Shown: positions 55,757 to 64,000 of the stretch, in pieces
Layout of the letters: each line of letters starts with the position of its first letter
How positions within the stretch are numbered: the first letter of the stretch is position 1
From: Actinomycetes bacterium
GTDB taxonomy: Bacteria > Actinomycetota > Thermoleophilia > BMS3ABIN01
Length of the DNA: 64,000 nucleotides
Direction of reading: 5' to 3'
Assembly: GCA_021791195.1 (NCBI GenBank)
Contig: JAJYXB010000013.1
Location: 3,697-67,696, forward strand
The notes under the pieces: model-generated
The model's input: the letters and a program-made list of their open reading frames with translations, nothing else
Database searches by the model: none
Told to the model about the DNA's origin: nothing
Made by a program: the position numbers and the translations under genes

Positions 55757-57115
55757 CTAGCCAGCACTCATTATCCTGCTCGCCACATTTCTGATGGATG
55801 CCAGAGTTTCCTGTTCTTCGGGACCGAAAAAGAAAGCATCATCATAAGTATGCATGCCTGTCAAATGGCCAACCGGCGCAATCAACTGCGAACTCATGGC
55901 GCCTTTGAAATCATACCCCCGGTGAGGATCGACGACAAGATCAGGAGCAAGATCAAGCTGCGGGCCATGAAATAATTCAGCCCTCTGGTAAACACGTCTG
56001 ACCATGGGCTTTCCACCGTCAGGATCTTCAAGCTCCGCAAGGGATGATTGCAGCTTAGCTACAAGTTCATCACGTTCGCGGCCCGGCGCGACTGTGCCTC
56101 CAGGCTCTCTTCCCTTCAGGTTAATGTAGACTCGACCGGGATCCATGCAGTAAGCGGAGGTCTTTCCCGGATCAATGTCCATGATCGATCGCGGTTCAGC
56201 TGCTACAAATGAAAGGTAGCCTTCGCGCTCCAGCCAGCGGTTCAGAAAAACAAGCTTTTCGGCAGTACAGAAGCCGTGATCTGAAAGCATGTAAAATCGG
56301 GTGTCTTCAGGAAGCTCAGAAGCGAATTCGCCGATGATCGCGTCCAGGCGCCGATAGAACCTCAGGAACTCCCCGGAATAAACGGGGTCTCGCTCTTCGT
56401 AATGACGCCATAGGAAGTGGTGCAGCCGGTCTGTCCCAGTAAATACACACATAAAAAGATCCCATTTTTCCTGACGCCAGAAATGCAGCATTGCCGCGCG
56501 ACGCTTCTCCAGCGTACAGTGCAGATCTTCGATCAGCAAGTCAAGCGATTCCCGCCCCTTTGAGGCATCAACGTCAATCCGGTATCCCATGCGCCGAAGA
56601 TCTTCGAAGGCCTCGCGAGGATATGTCGCGCGATCGAGGTTCGGGGCAACAAATCCGGAAACGAGCACTCCATTCAGCGGCCTGGCAGGATAAGTCGATG
56701 GCACGTTAATCACACAGCAACGCTTTCCCTGGCGGCTCAAGCCATCCCAGAAGGGCTCAGCCTTGATATGACGGTAATTTGGGAAATACAGCTCATAAGT
56801 GCCCGGCTTCCGGTCTGTAAAACCGTAAATGCCGTGTTCGCCTGGATTTGTTCCGGTCATGAACGAGGTCCAGGCAATCGAGGAAATGGTCGGTATCTCC
56901 GTTTCCATCCTGACCAGACTGCCTTGAGCCGTAAGGGCGGCAATATTGGGAAGATTTCCGGCGGCGATTTCAGCATTGAGGAAGCTGAAAGGAGTACCGT
57001 CAAGACCTATTATGACGACACGTTGTTCCGCGACTTCATGGTAATCAGCACTGTTCACCTCGCCCACCGAATCCAAATACTCCGAATCTATCCCTAGTTT
57101 TTTTGAATTAAGCAA
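55757..57115 (-). CDS. Second nucleotide pyrophosphatase/phosphodiesterase family protein
   Basis: IIGLDG, P.ISS.AWTSF.TG.NPG.HG, TDRLHH, SDHGF and GMH. Start uncertain. Confidence 0.88.
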   Translation of the reverse strand: MLNSKKLGIDSEYLDSVGEVNSADYHEVAEQRVVIIGLDGTPFSFLNAEIAAGNLPNIAALTAQGSLVRMETEIPTISSIAWTSFMTGTNPGEHGIYGFTDRKPGTYELYFPNYRHIKAEPFWDGLSRQGKRCCVINVPSTYPARPLNGVLVSGFVAPNLDRATYPREAFEDLRRMGYRIDVDASKGRESLDLLIEDLHCTLEKRRAAMLHFWRQEKWDLFMCVFTGTDRLHHFLWRHYEERDPVYSGEFLRFYRRLDAIIGEFASELPEDTRFYMLSDHGFCTAEKLVFLNRWLEREGYLSFVAAEPRSIMDIDPGKTSAYCMDPGRVYINLKGREPGGTVAPGRERDELVAKLQSSLAELEDPDGGKPMVRRVYQRAELFHGPQLDLAPDLVVDPHRGYDFKGAMSSQLIAPVGHLTGMHTYDDAFFFGPEEQETLASIRNVASRIMSAG

Positions 57116-57185
57116 TTAATACCAAAGTAGTCATAGTGATTCAAAAGGATTTCACTCCAGGCAGAACCAAGTATCGATCGTAAAC

Positions 57186-58742
57186 CTAGTACGCCCCCCG
57201 CTTGCGGACGATCGCGATCAGCGTGCGCACCATGATCTTGAAATCCCACCTGGGCGTCCAGTTGGTGACGTACAGATAGTCGAGCTGCACCATCTCTTCA
57301 TAGGGTATATCACTTCTTCCCAGGATCTGCCATAAACCGGTGATGCCGGGCTGGACCATGTGGCGCATGTCCGCGGTGCCGAGGCATTTGCGCGCTTCCA
57401 TGACCGGCAGCGGCCGCGGCCCCACCAGGCTCATCTCGCCGCGAAATACGTTGATCAGCTGCGGCAGCTCGTCGATGCTGAGCCGGCGGATGATACGGCC
57501 GACCCGGGTGATGCGCGGGTCTTTTTTCATCTTGAATATCGGTCCGGTGGTCTCGTTAAGATCTGACAGTTCTTCCCGCAGGCTCTCGGCATCGACGTGC
57601 ATCGAGCGGAATTTAAAAATCTTGAATGATTTATGATTTTTCCCCATCCGTTCCTGTTTGTAAAAAACGGGGCCTTTGGAATCGAGCTTGATCAGAATGA
57701 TGGTCATTAAAAGGATCGGCGACAGAGCTATTGTCGCAGCGGTCGCGCCGATCAGATCCATCAGCCGTTTTGAGCCCCTGGCGATCCGGCCGTGACGGGT
57801 ATAGCGCGGCAGGCTGAGGATCGGCAGTCCCTCGACATCCTCGATCTCCACCCGGTGCGACAGCACTTCGAACAGCCGCGGGATGATGCTGACATCGACT
57901 TTCATCTCCTGGCATGCGTGGATGACACCAAGCAATAGCGGATGCGGCGTGCGCGTAAAGGCGATGATGACCCGGCTGATGCCATAATGTTCGACGATCG
58001 ACCTCAGCTCCGAAGGCCGGCCGAGCAGTTTCAGCTGGTTGTCTCCACCGGTCGCTTCCAGCTCTTTCGTATCGAGAAAACCGACGACGCGCAGGCCATA
58101 CTCGTGGTGCCGCTTCAGACGCCCGATCAGGCTGCGCCCCACCTCACCGGCGCCGACGACCAGGGTGCTGGTGCGGAATGGATTATGAAAGGACAAGCCA
58201 ACCCGCACGGCCGCCCGGGCCAGCGGCAGCATGAACATGAGCAGCAGCCAGGCGCTGAATACGAATACCCAGGTGGCGCGGCCCGTGGGATTGCCGCGGC
58301 TGGTCAAAGTCAGGAAAAAGAACATCAGCCAGGCGCCCACGGCCAGGGCGCCGATTGTCTGTGGCATTTCATCGAACGTGGAAACAGAGAGGCGGCGGAC
58401 CTCGCGCCGGTAGACACCGTAATAATGAAAGACCAGCAGCCAGATCGGTATCGTCGCCAGCCCCGTCCAGAGCATCCGGCTGGTGATCTGGCCCATCTGA
58501 TTGCCCAAGATGCTACCGAGGGATCCACTATCAACCAGGCTGGATGAAATATAATATGCGGCTATGACCGCGAGCGACAGCGAAAGGATATCGGTCAGGG
58601 GAATAATCAACGCGTGGACGGCGCGCAGCAATTGCAGCTCGCGGCGTGGAATCTCCAGCCCATCTTCATAGGGCAGAAAACTCCAGGAGCCGGAGAGTCT
58701 TTCCGGTAGCCCTTCAGTATCCGGATCCGGAGATTGGTCCAA
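57186..58742 (-). CDS. Priming polyprenyl-phosphate glycosylphosphotransferase (WcaJ/CpsE-like)
   Basis: N-terminal TM helices; VVGAG, KR.MD, KFRSM, DPRIT.VG, DELPQL.NV..GEMSLVGPRP and PGITG.WQ. Confidence 0.95.
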   Translation of the reverse strand: MDQSPDPDTEGLPERLSGSWSFLPYEDGLEIPRRELQLLRAVHALIIPLTDILSLSLAVIAAYYISSSLVDSGSLGSILGNQMGQITSRMLWTGLATIPIWLLVFHYYGVYRREVRRLSVSTFDEMPQTIGALAVGAWLMFFFLTLTSRGNPTGRATWVFVFSAWLLLMFMLPLARAAVRVGLSFHNPFRTSTLVVGAGEVGRSLIGRLKRHHEYGLRVVGFLDTKELEATGGDNQLKLLGRPSELRSIVEHYGISRVIIAFTRTPHPLLLGVIHACQEMKVDVSIIPRLFEVLSHRVEIEDVEGLPILSLPRYTRHGRIARGSKRLMDLIGATAATIALSPILLMTIILIKLDSKGPVFYKQERMGKNHKSFKIFKFRSMHVDAESLREELSDLNETTGPIFKMKKDPRITRVGRIIRRLSIDELPQLINVFRGEMSLVGPRPLPVMEARKCLGTADMRHMVQPGITGLWQILGRSDIPYEEMVQLDYLYVTNWTPRWDFKIMVRTLIAIVRKRGAY

Positions 58743-58850
58743 GCTTCCCTCTTCCAGCTTCAGGAACTGTGTGGTGCGAAAAGGTGCTCAGCATCACTGG
58801 GGAATATTTGGATGCTTCCAGAGAATACGCGCAACCTACCCCGCCAGTTT

Positions 58851-58879
58851 TTTATACACCAGGTTTGAAAAAATGTCAA
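58851..58879 (-). promoter_or_regulatory. Near-consensus sigma70-type promoter of the glycan operon
   Basis: Minus strand TTGACA-17 nt-TATAAA, about 110 nt upstream of the priming transferase. Confidence 0.75.
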
Positions 58880-58992
58880 CATTATGACTGTTTTGGTCAA
58901 GTTTAGACTGCGGCGCAAAGTTTCGTGGGTTTCCGCATGAAGCCGCCGGATCCGGCGCTGTTTTTGGACAGCAGCCGAAGCGGGAATTTAAA

Positions 58993-59046
58993 GGGACACC
59001 ACGCTACCAGCCGGCAGGAATGCCGTCAAAAAAAGCATGGTGTCCC
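58993..59046 (-). terminator. Long stem-loop after nfnB (probable terminator)
   Basis: Minus strand GGGACACCAUGCU...AGCGUGGUGUCCC followed by UUU, with an inner CGGCA/UGCCG hairpin, right after the stop at 59052. Confidence 0.65.
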
Positions 59047-59051
59047 CGGTT

Positions 59052-60536
59052 TTATACGGTGGCTTTCTCTTCCGCTGCCCTGATCTCTTCCTCTTCCTCT
59101 GCGGTCAGCAGCGGCTGTCCCTGGAGGTAGCGGTCAATCGAGCGGGCGGCGAGTTTGCCCGCGCCCATCGCCAGGATGACGGTAGCGGCGCCGGTGACGA
59201 TGTCGCCGCCGGCAAAGACGCCTTCCTTGCTGGTTGCCAGGGTATGCTCGTCGGCGACGATCAGACCCCACTTGTTGAGCTCCAGGTTTTCCGTGCTCTT
59301 GGTCAGCAGCGGATTTGCCCTGGTGCCGATCGCCATGATCACGGTGTCGACCGGGATGCGGGTTTCCGATCCTTCAACCGGCACCGGCCGCCTGCGGCCG
59401 CTGGCATCCGGCTCACCCAGCTCCATCTGGATCACTTCGATCTCCTCCACCCAGCCTTCCTGGTCGGCGATGATCTGGAGCGGGTTGGTCAGCAGATGGA
59501 AGTTGATGCCTTCCTCCTGGGCGTGATGCACCTCTTCGCGGCGGGCCGGCAGCTCATCCATCGAGCGGCGATAAATCAGATGCACGCTGGCGCCCAGCCT
59601 GAGCGCCGTGCGGGCCGCGTCCATGGCCACGTTGCCGCCGCCGACGACCGCGACGCGCGCGCCCACCTTGATCGGGGTGTCGTAATCGGGAAAGCGGTAT
59701 GCCTTCATCAGGTTGGCGCGGGTGAGGAACTCGTTGGCGGAATAGACGCCGTTGAAGTTCTCGCCGGGGATGTTCATGAACGCCGGCAGGCCGGCGCCGT
59801 TGGCGATGAAGACCGCATCATGTCCATTATCGAGCATCTGGTCAACGGTCATCGTGCGGCCGATGACATGGTCAAGCTTTATCTCGACGCCAAGGCTTTC
59901 GACATATTCGCATTCGCGCTGGACAATGTCCTTCGGCAGACGGAACTCGGGGATGCCGTAGACCAGCACTCCGCCGGGTTTGTGCAGCGCCTCATAGATA
60001 GTGACGTCGTAGCCCAGCTTCGCCAGGTCGCCGGCGCAGGTGAGGCCGGCGGGGCCGGATCCGACCACGCCCACCTTCCTGCTTTTCCTGGCAGGCACCT
60101 CCGGAGCGGCCGCCGCGCCCTGGGAGGCTTCCCAGTCAGCGGCGTAGCGCTCCAGGCGGCCGATGGCCACCGGCTCGTGCTTCTTGCCCATCAGGCAGAG
60201 CTTCTCGCACTGATCCTCCTGCGGACAGACGCGGCCGCAGACAGCGGGGAAGCTGGTCTTGCGCTTGAGGATAGCGATCGCTTCTGCCGGATCGTCTTCC
60301 TCCAGCGCCTTGATGAACTCGGGGATGTCGATGTTGACCGGGCAGCCGGCAACACACTTGGGCTTCTTGCACTGCAGGCAGCGGCTGGCTTCAATCAGCG
60401 CCTGCTCACGCGTATAGCCAAGCGAGACCTCGTCGAAATTGGTCGCCCGGACCTTCGGCTCCTGCTCCGGAATCGCCGTCCGCGGGATCTCGGTTTTTTT
60501 CACTTTTTTCTTTCCGCTTTCATCTACGCCAGACAC
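59052..60536 (-). CDS. nfnB: NfnB / GltD-like large subunit of electron-bifurcating transhydrogenase
   Basis: CLQCKKPKCVAGCP, CGRVCPQEDQCE, GSGPAGL, YGIPEFRL, GGGNVAMD and GGDIVTG. Confidence 0.88.
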   Translation of the reverse strand: MSGVDESGKKKVKKTEIPRTAIPEQEPKVRATNFDEVSLGYTREQALIEASRCLQCKKPKCVAGCPVNIDIPEFIKALEEDDPAEAIAILKRKTSFPAVCGRVCPQEDQCEKLCLMGKKHEPVAIGRLERYAADWEASQGAAAAPEVPARKSRKVGVVGSGPAGLTCAGDLAKLGYDVTIYEALHKPGGVLVYGIPEFRLPKDIVQRECEYVESLGVEIKLDHVIGRTMTVDQMLDNGHDAVFIANGAGLPAFMNIPGENFNGVYSANEFLTRANLMKAYRFPDYDTPIKVGARVAVVGGGNVAMDAARTALRLGASVHLIYRRSMDELPARREEVHHAQEEGINFHLLTNPLQIIADQEGWVEEIEVIQMELGEPDASGRRRPVPVEGSETRIPVDTVIMAIGTRANPLLTKSTENLELNKWGLIVADEHTLATSKEGVFAGGDIVTGAATVILAMGAGKLAARSIDRYLQGQPLLTAEEEEEIRAAEEKATV

Positions 60537-61369
60537 TGCGCATCACCCCGGCATTCCAAGTAAAGGTCGTATGATATTTTTTCCTGTTCCAGATACTGGC
60601 GCTGACGGGCCATCAGCTCGTCGAAATTCACCTGGTGGCCGTCGAACTCCGGTCCATCGACGCAGACAAACCTGGTCTCGCCGCCGACGCTGACGCGGCA
60701 GGCGCCGCACATGCCGGTGCCGTCCACCATGATCGAGTTGAGACTGACCAGCGTCTTCACCCCCAGCGCCTCGGTGGTCTTGCAGCAGAACTTCATCATG
60801 ATGCCGGGTCCGATGGCGTAGACAAGGTCGACGTCGCCGGTTTCGCAGAGTTCGTGAAGCGGCTCCGTGACCAGGCACTTGCGGCCGTAACTGCCGTCGT
60901 CGGTGGTGACGATCACCTCGTCGCTCACCTCTTTCATCTTGTCCTCCCAAAGCAGCAGGTGCTTGTTGCGCGCCGCCACGATCGAGATCACCTTGTTGCC
61001 CGCCTTCTTCAGCTCGCGGGCGATCGGGTAGACCGGCGCCACGCCGACGCCGCCGCCGGCACAGACCACGGTGCCGTAGTTCTCGATCTCGCTGGGGATG
61101 CCCAGCGGGCCGATGAAGTTGGCGATCGAGTCGCCGGCGTTCAGCGTCTGCAGCTGCCGCGTGGACTTGCCGATCGCCTGCACGACGATAGTGATCGTGC
61201 CCCTGTCGCGGTCGAAATCGGCGATCGTCAGCGGGATGCGCTCCCCCTCTTCGTTGATCCGTAAAACTATGAACTGCCCCGCCTGGGCGGCCTGCGCCAC
61301 CGCGGGGGCCTCGATGACCTGCATGTACACGTCATCCGAGTAATCGACTTTTTCCAGTATCTTGTACAT
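60524..61369 (-). CDS. nfnA: NfnA small subunit (PyrK-like FAD/2Fe-2S protein)
   Basis: GERIPLTIAD, GGGVG and MVDGTGMCGACR...CVDGPEF; paired with the GltD-like gene. Confidence 0.9.
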   Translation of the reverse strand: MYKILEKVDYSDDVYMQVIEAPAVAQAAQAGQFIVLRINEEGERIPLTIADFDRDRGTITIVVQAIGKSTRQLQTLNAGDSIANFIGPLGIPSEIENYGTVVCAGGGVGVAPVYPIARELKKAGNKVISIVAARNKHLLLWEDKMKEVSDEVIVTTDDGSYGRKCLVTEPLHELCETGDVDLVYAIGPGIMMKFCCKTTEALGVKTLVSLNSIMVDGTGMCGACRVSVGGETRFVCVDGPEFDGHQVNFDELMARQRQYLEQEKISYDLYLECRGDAQCLA

Positions 61370-61588
61370 CTGCCTCCTTCAACTCATCCCTGGATCAAAA
61401 TGATCAACTTGTCAAGTTTCCGTTACAAAAATATTGCCTGCCCCTGAAGCCAATCTGACAATCTCCAGAAGCTCATCCTCGATCAGATGAATGACCATTT
61501 TAATGGAAAAACGAGCATTTTAACATTTTGCCGGCGCCGGGCGCAGGGCGCTCTCCGGTGCCGGGCGTTCATGATGCCGGATGCCGGA

Positions 61589-62371
61589 TTATTTCAGCTC
61601 CGCGTCCGAGATCGAATAGAGCGCTTCGTCGCTGAGGTCGTTGATCAGCCTGACCGTGCGCATCATCTCCGGATCCTTGGCGTTAAGGATGGCAGAGGTC
61701 ATGCCGCAGGCGACGAGCATCGGCAGATAAACGCGCTCGATGGAACTGCGCAGCTCGTCGGGGGCGCCGTTGGAAACGTTGGAGAGGCCGCAGGTCATCT
61801 GCACCGGCTCCTCGAACAGCTCGCCGAGGCCCCGGACCACGTCCATCACCGGCACGGCGTGGTCCTGGGCGACGCCGATCGGCATGACGATGGGATCGAT
61901 CCAGATCTTCGAATTGGGGACGCCGGCCTCGTTGGCCGCCATGACCAGCTCGTAGGCGATCGCCAGCCGCTCGTTGGCGTCCTTGGGGATATGTGTCGAC
62001 ATTGTCAGGCCGATGATCTCGCATTCATACCTGGCCGCCAGCGGCAGGATGTGCGCCATCTTGTCCGGCTGGGCGCTGAAAGAGTTCAGCAGCGGCGGCT
62101 TCTTGCAGGCCTTGACGCCGGCTTCCATCGCCTCGTGATTGCTGGTGTCGAGACAGAGCTGCAGGTCGGAGACCTCCTGGATGATGTTCACCATCCACTC
62201 CATCAGCTCGGGGCCGCCCTTGCGCGCCGGACCCAGGTTGATGTCCAGCAGGTCGGCACCGGCTTCCGTGCATTCGCGCGCGAGCTTCTGGATCGGCTCC
62301 GGGTTACGCTCCTGCATCGCGGCGCCGATTGACTTGCTCATCACGTTGATGTTCTCAGCGATTGCCTTCAT
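61589..62371 (-). CDS. acsE: Methyltetrahydrofolate:corrinoid Fe-S protein methyltransferase (AcsE-like pterin-binding protein)
   Basis: From ATG 62371 after GGAGG: IAENIN, GAD.LDIN.G, LCLDT, NS, IDP, GLSNVSNG and AI.N. Confidence 0.85.
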   Translation of the reverse strand: MKAIAENINVMSKSIGAAMQERNPEPIQKLARECTEAGADLLDINLGPARKGGPELMEWMVNIIQEVSDLQLCLDTSNHEAMEAGVKACKKPPLLNSFSAQPDKMAHILPLAARYECEIIGLTMSTHIPKDANERLAIAYELVMAANEAGVPNSKIWIDPIVMPIGVAQDHAVPVMDVVRGLGELFEEPVQMTCGLSNVSNGAPDELRSSIERVYLPMLVACGMTSAILNAKDPEMMRTVRLINDLSDEALYSISDAELK

Positions 62372-62396
62372 TAAACCTCCTGTATTCTTTTGCCTG

Positions 62397-63302
62397 CTAT
62401 TTGAGGTGCGCGCGCCTGACGATCTCCGGCACGGCTGCTTCCCACTCGACCGCCATGATGTGCACGCCGGCCACGCCTTCGATCTCTTTGACCTCGTTGA
62501 TGACATCGACGCAAACCTGGATGCCCTCGTCCTGCGCATCTTCCGCCGCGGCCATCCGCTCCACGACCGCGTCAGGCACATCCATGCCGGCCACCCGGTT
62601 CTTCATGTACTTCGCCATGCCCGCGCTCTTGAGCGGCGCCACCCCGGCCAGGATGCGGCAGCCCTCGGTGACGCCCAGCTCCCGGCACTGGTGCATGAAC
62701 TCTTTAAACTTGTCCACGTTGAAAATGATCTGTGTCTGAACGAAGTCGACGCCGGCCTCGACTTTCTTCGCCAGCCGCAGGGCCCGGTACGGGAAGGGAT
62801 CGGCGTAGGGATTGGCGGCGGCGCCGATGAACAGCTGCGGGGTGGCGCCGGCGATCTCGTCTCCGTTCTGGAAAACCGGGCCGTCGCGCATGTCCCGCGC
62901 CATTCTGATCAGCGTCACCGAATCGAGATCGAAGACTCCCACCGCTTCCGGATGATTGCCGAAACTCTGATGGTCGCCGGTGAGGCACAGCAGGTTGCTG
63001 ATTCCCAGCGCCGCCGCGCCCAGGATGTCCGCCTGCATCGCCAGCCGGTTGCGATCGCGGCAGGTCATCTGCATTACCGGCTCCAGACCCTGGTCGAGGC
63101 AGATCTTCGCCGCCGCGGCGCTGGCCATGCGCACGATCGCGGTCTGGTTGTCAGTGATGTTGACCGCATCCACATGGCCCTTGAGGATGTTGGCCTTGTC
63201 GATGATCACCTGCGGATCGGCGTTCCTGGGCGGGCCAAGCTCGCCGGTGACGGCGAAACCGCCGGCATCCAGGATCTGCTTCAGATTCACGCCGCCGCTC
63301 AC
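62397..63302 (-). CDS. metF: Methylenetetrahydrofolate reductase catalytic subunit
   Basis: TGELGPP, NITDN, TCRDRNR..Q, LCLTGDH and KKVEAG..F.QTQ; GTG 63302 overlaps the metV stop. Confidence 0.93.
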   Translation of the reverse strand: MSGGVNLKQILDAGGFAVTGELGPPRNADPQVIIDKANILKGHVDAVNITDNQTAIVRMASAAAAKICLDQGLEPVMQMTCRDRNRLAMQADILGAAALGISNLLCLTGDHQSFGNHPEAVGVFDLDSVTLIRMARDMRDGPVFQNGDEIAGATPQLFIGAAANPYADPFPYRALRLAKKVEAGVDFVQTQIIFNVDKFKEFMHQCRELGVTEGCRILAGVAPLKSAGMAKYMKNRVAGMDVPDAVVERMAAAEDAQDEGIQVCVDVINEVKEIEGVAGVHIMAVEWEAAVPEIVRRAHLK

Positions 63303-63967
63303 GGCTTGAAGCCTTCCTTCTTCATCGTGCGTGGACCGCCGGAGTTGGAGACGTTCCACTTCTTCGGGCCAAGGATGCGCGCCAGCGTGTCAAGGTCACC
63401 CAGCGCCGCCAGCCGGTCGTAGATCTCCTGCCAGGCGCAGGGCACATCCGGCGAGATCTCGCAGCGGCCGTTCTGCGAGCCGCCGCAGGGTCCGTTGAGC
63501 AGCGTCTTGGCGCAGCGCGCGACGGGGCAGACGCCGCCGGTGAACCCGATGACGCAGAAACCACACGAGACGCAGTACTCGGTCCAGACATGGTGCTCCT
63601 TGACGTAGCCGATCATGTTTGTGTTCATCGCCGGCGCGACCCGTTTTCCCGGATAACGGACCGCGAGCCCCTGGGGGCCGATGCCGCAGGCGGTAGACAG
63701 CACCACGTCAGCCTGACCGACCTGCGCGCTGATGGAATCAAGATACTCGTTCTCGCACTGGCGCAGCACGGTGACGGTCTTAACGCTGCCCTCGATGCCG
63801 TCCCGGCGGCGCGCGATCCTGAGCTGCGCCGCCAGCTGCTCGGCCTCCTTCTCGCCGCCGCTGAGACTGACCGCGACGCAGGTGTTGCAGCCGACCACGA
63901 GCACGTGCCTGTGCGCGTCGGTCATGCGCCTGATCTCGTCAAAATTTTTACGTTCGGCTGTGATCAT
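63299..63967 (-). CDS. metV: Methylenetetrahydrofolate reductase small Fe-S/Zn subunit MetV
   Basis: GC..C....GG..E, RQC, ACG.G.Q and C..CG.C......CP...C.K.LLNGPCGG...G.CE.....CAW. Confidence 0.9.
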   Translation of the reverse strand: MITAERKNFDEIRRMTDAHRHVLVVGCNTCVAVSLSGGEKEAEQLAAQLRIARRRDGIEGSVKTVTVLRQCENEYLDSISAQVGQADVVLSTACGIGPQGLAVRYPGKRVAPAMNTNMIGYVKEHHVWTEYCVSCGFCVIGFTGGVCPVARCAKTLLNGPCGGSQNGRCEISPDVPCAWQEIYDRLAALGDLDTLARILGPKKWNVSNSGGPRTMKKEGFKP

Positions 63968-64000
63968 GATTCCGGTCCGGCCATCAGACTTTCGGTCTGC

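Noticed and set aside
58832-58846. ops/JUMPStart-like GGCGGGGTAGGTTG just after the glycan operon promoter
   Set aside because: Imperfect short match, no NusG paralogue in the window, and ops/RfaH is characterised in Gammaproteobacteria.
59052-60536. Calling this gene a glutamate synthase
   Set aside because: No GltB large subunit is adjacent; pairing with the PyrK-like gene indicates NfnAB.
61409-61428. Rex-like palindrome TTGTCAAGTTTCCGTTACAA upstream of nfnA
   Set aside because: It is 20 bp rather than 18 bp with weak inner symmetry, and may simply contain a -35 TTGACA.
1-64000. CRISPR arrays, tRNA/rRNA genes, transposases, integrases and prophage genes
   Set aside because: None seen by eye; the repeats present are short duplications or low-complexity coding sequence.

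Overview
GC-rich bacterial chromosome, probably an anaerobic deep-branching Actinomycetota (Thermoleophilia-like); this is inferred from gene order only (hemW-hrcA-dnaJ-rsmE, hisIE-trpE, pilMNO without pilQ). Positions 1-37390 are minus-strand housekeeping genes: recN, nadK, tlyA, dxs, ispA, xseB, nusB, a biotin carboxylase plus carboxyltransferase-BCCP pair, efp, aroCKBQ, pilMNO(P), trpEGDC, hisIE, deoC, era, dgkA, ybeY, pgpH, phoH, mtaB, rsmE, dnaJ, hrcA and hemW. Positions ~37.5-58.9 kb are a mostly AT-richer surface-glycan locus (priming transferase, flippase, Wzz, Wzy/O-antigen ligase, GTs, two NPP-family enzymes). It carries a lasso-peptide-type toolkit: an HprK-like kinase, PqqD/RRE and B2 Cys-protease, translationally coupled to a GT-C-like membrane protein, plus an NTP_transf_5 nucleotidyltransferase and a radical SAM enzyme. 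No lasso cyclase or precursor peptide is visible. A c-di-GMP-I riboswitch, absent from the ORF track, precedes a secreted GH99-like hydrolase in the same locus. Positions 59-64 kb hold nfnAB and the Wood-Ljungdahl methyl-branch genes acsE-metF-metV. All calls come from motif recognition by eye; no database search was run.
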